DNA from: Candidatus Hodarchaeota archaeon
GTDB lineage: Archaea; Asgardarchaeota; Heimdallarchaeia; Hodarchaeales; Hodarchaeaceae
DNA: 23,453 nucleotides
Reading direction: 5' to 3'
NCBI GenBank assembly: GCA_016839815.1
Contig: JAEOTM010000114.1
Location: 1 to 23,453 of the forward strand
Made by a program: the position numbers and the translations under genes. Below, piece after piece: positions 23,319 to 23,453 of the stretch. The notes beneath the pieces were generated by a model. That model did no database searches. It was not told where the DNA came from and saw only the letters and a program-made list of their open reading frames with translations. Position 1 is the first letter of the stretch; the number at the start of each line of letters is the position of its first letter.

Positions 23319-23453
23319 CCTCTAGCGGGAACGTAGCGAAGCTAGTGGACTCGCTAGTTTCTAGCGAGACCGGACAAGTATCGCGCCGGGCTCCAGAACC
23401 CCTGTGAACTCCACTGGGTTGACTGAAACTCATGATGAAGTTCTGGAACAATG
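23319..23453. ncRNA. GC-rich structured segment, candidate ncRNA truncated by the window edge (identity unresolved; SRP/7S RNA 5' domain is one possibility on the + strand)
   Basis: GC content rises sharply relative to the AT-rich flanks. There is a perfect 8 bp hairpin ctcgctag-ttt-ctagcgag (23350-23368), a ctagc...gctag stem (23322-23345), ccgg...ccgg (23371-23390), and a long-range ccagaac/gttctgg pairing (23393-23399 with 23440-23446). The + strand reads CCGGGCUCCAGAACCCCUGUGAACUCC, reminiscent of the SRP Alu-domain UGUAAC-type turn. The 60 aa ORF called here is probably spurious. Confidence 0.3.

Noticed and set aside
23269-23451. 60 aa minus-strand ORF (TTG start) at the right edge
   Set aside because: It coincides exactly with the GC-rich hairpin-dense segment. 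The translation has no recognisable features, and an RNA or structural explanation fits better.
23319-23453. RNase P RNA identity for the right-edge structured segment
   Set aside because: CCGGGCUCC and AACUCCAC strings recall RNase P conserved regions. However, the universal GGAAAGUCC (CR-I/P4) element is absent on both strands, and the order of the look-alike strings is wrong.
1-23453. Search for CRISPR arrays, IS/transposase genes, integrases, rRNA genes and long direct repeats
   Set aside because: By eye I found no regularly spaced direct repeats, no recognisable transposase or integrase ORFs, and no rRNA signatures such as the 16S 5' end. The only significant repeat noticed is the 45 bp inverted duplication reported above.

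Overview
This is an AT-rich archaeal chromosomal window. The archaeal assignment rests on archaea/eukaryote-type ribosomal proteins (eS4, eL19, eL32, eS1), the RNase P protein Rpp29, and an intron-containing tRNA. Most of it is translation and information-processing core. A long minus-strand ribosomal-protein cluster spans 3.8-13.6 kb, and a second block at 18.5-22.3 kb carries S15, a coiled-coil protein, a RecJ/Cdc45-like DHH protein, a Pcc1-like ORF and a convergent S3Ae. Other genes are an aldo/keto reductase, a zinc-ribbon membrane protein, a TPR-like protein with a C-terminal HEPN-type Rx4H motif, a nurA-herA pair, a degenerate triosephosphate-isomerase-like protein and a DUF434-like protein. 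Three coding regions are missing from the supplied ORF track and were found by hand translation: zinc-type S14 (4708-4866), a Pcc1-like ORF (about 19083-19343), and a partial CDS running off the left edge (1-370). I found no CRISPR array, transposase/IS element or rRNA. I cannot point to one clear-cut new multi-gene system. The observations most worth follow-up are: (a) the stand-alone nurA-herA nuclease/ATPase pair next to an unusually long 930 bp non-coding stretch with a reiterated GAATTTT motif; (b) a 45 bp inverted duplication of the trm5 3' coding end embedded in another gene, bracketing the HEPN-motif gene; (c) a TIM-like protein whose catalytic His and Glu motifs are replaced; (d) two conserved small genes (Rpp29, Pcc1-like) with no canonical start codon where homology says the protein should begin; (e) a tRNA-Val with a 31 nt insertion in the D-arm; (f) a scrambled ribosomal-protein supercluster with an orphan, inverted S19; (g) a GC-rich structured segment cut by the right edge. 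Family assignments come from motif recognition by eye, not from database searches.
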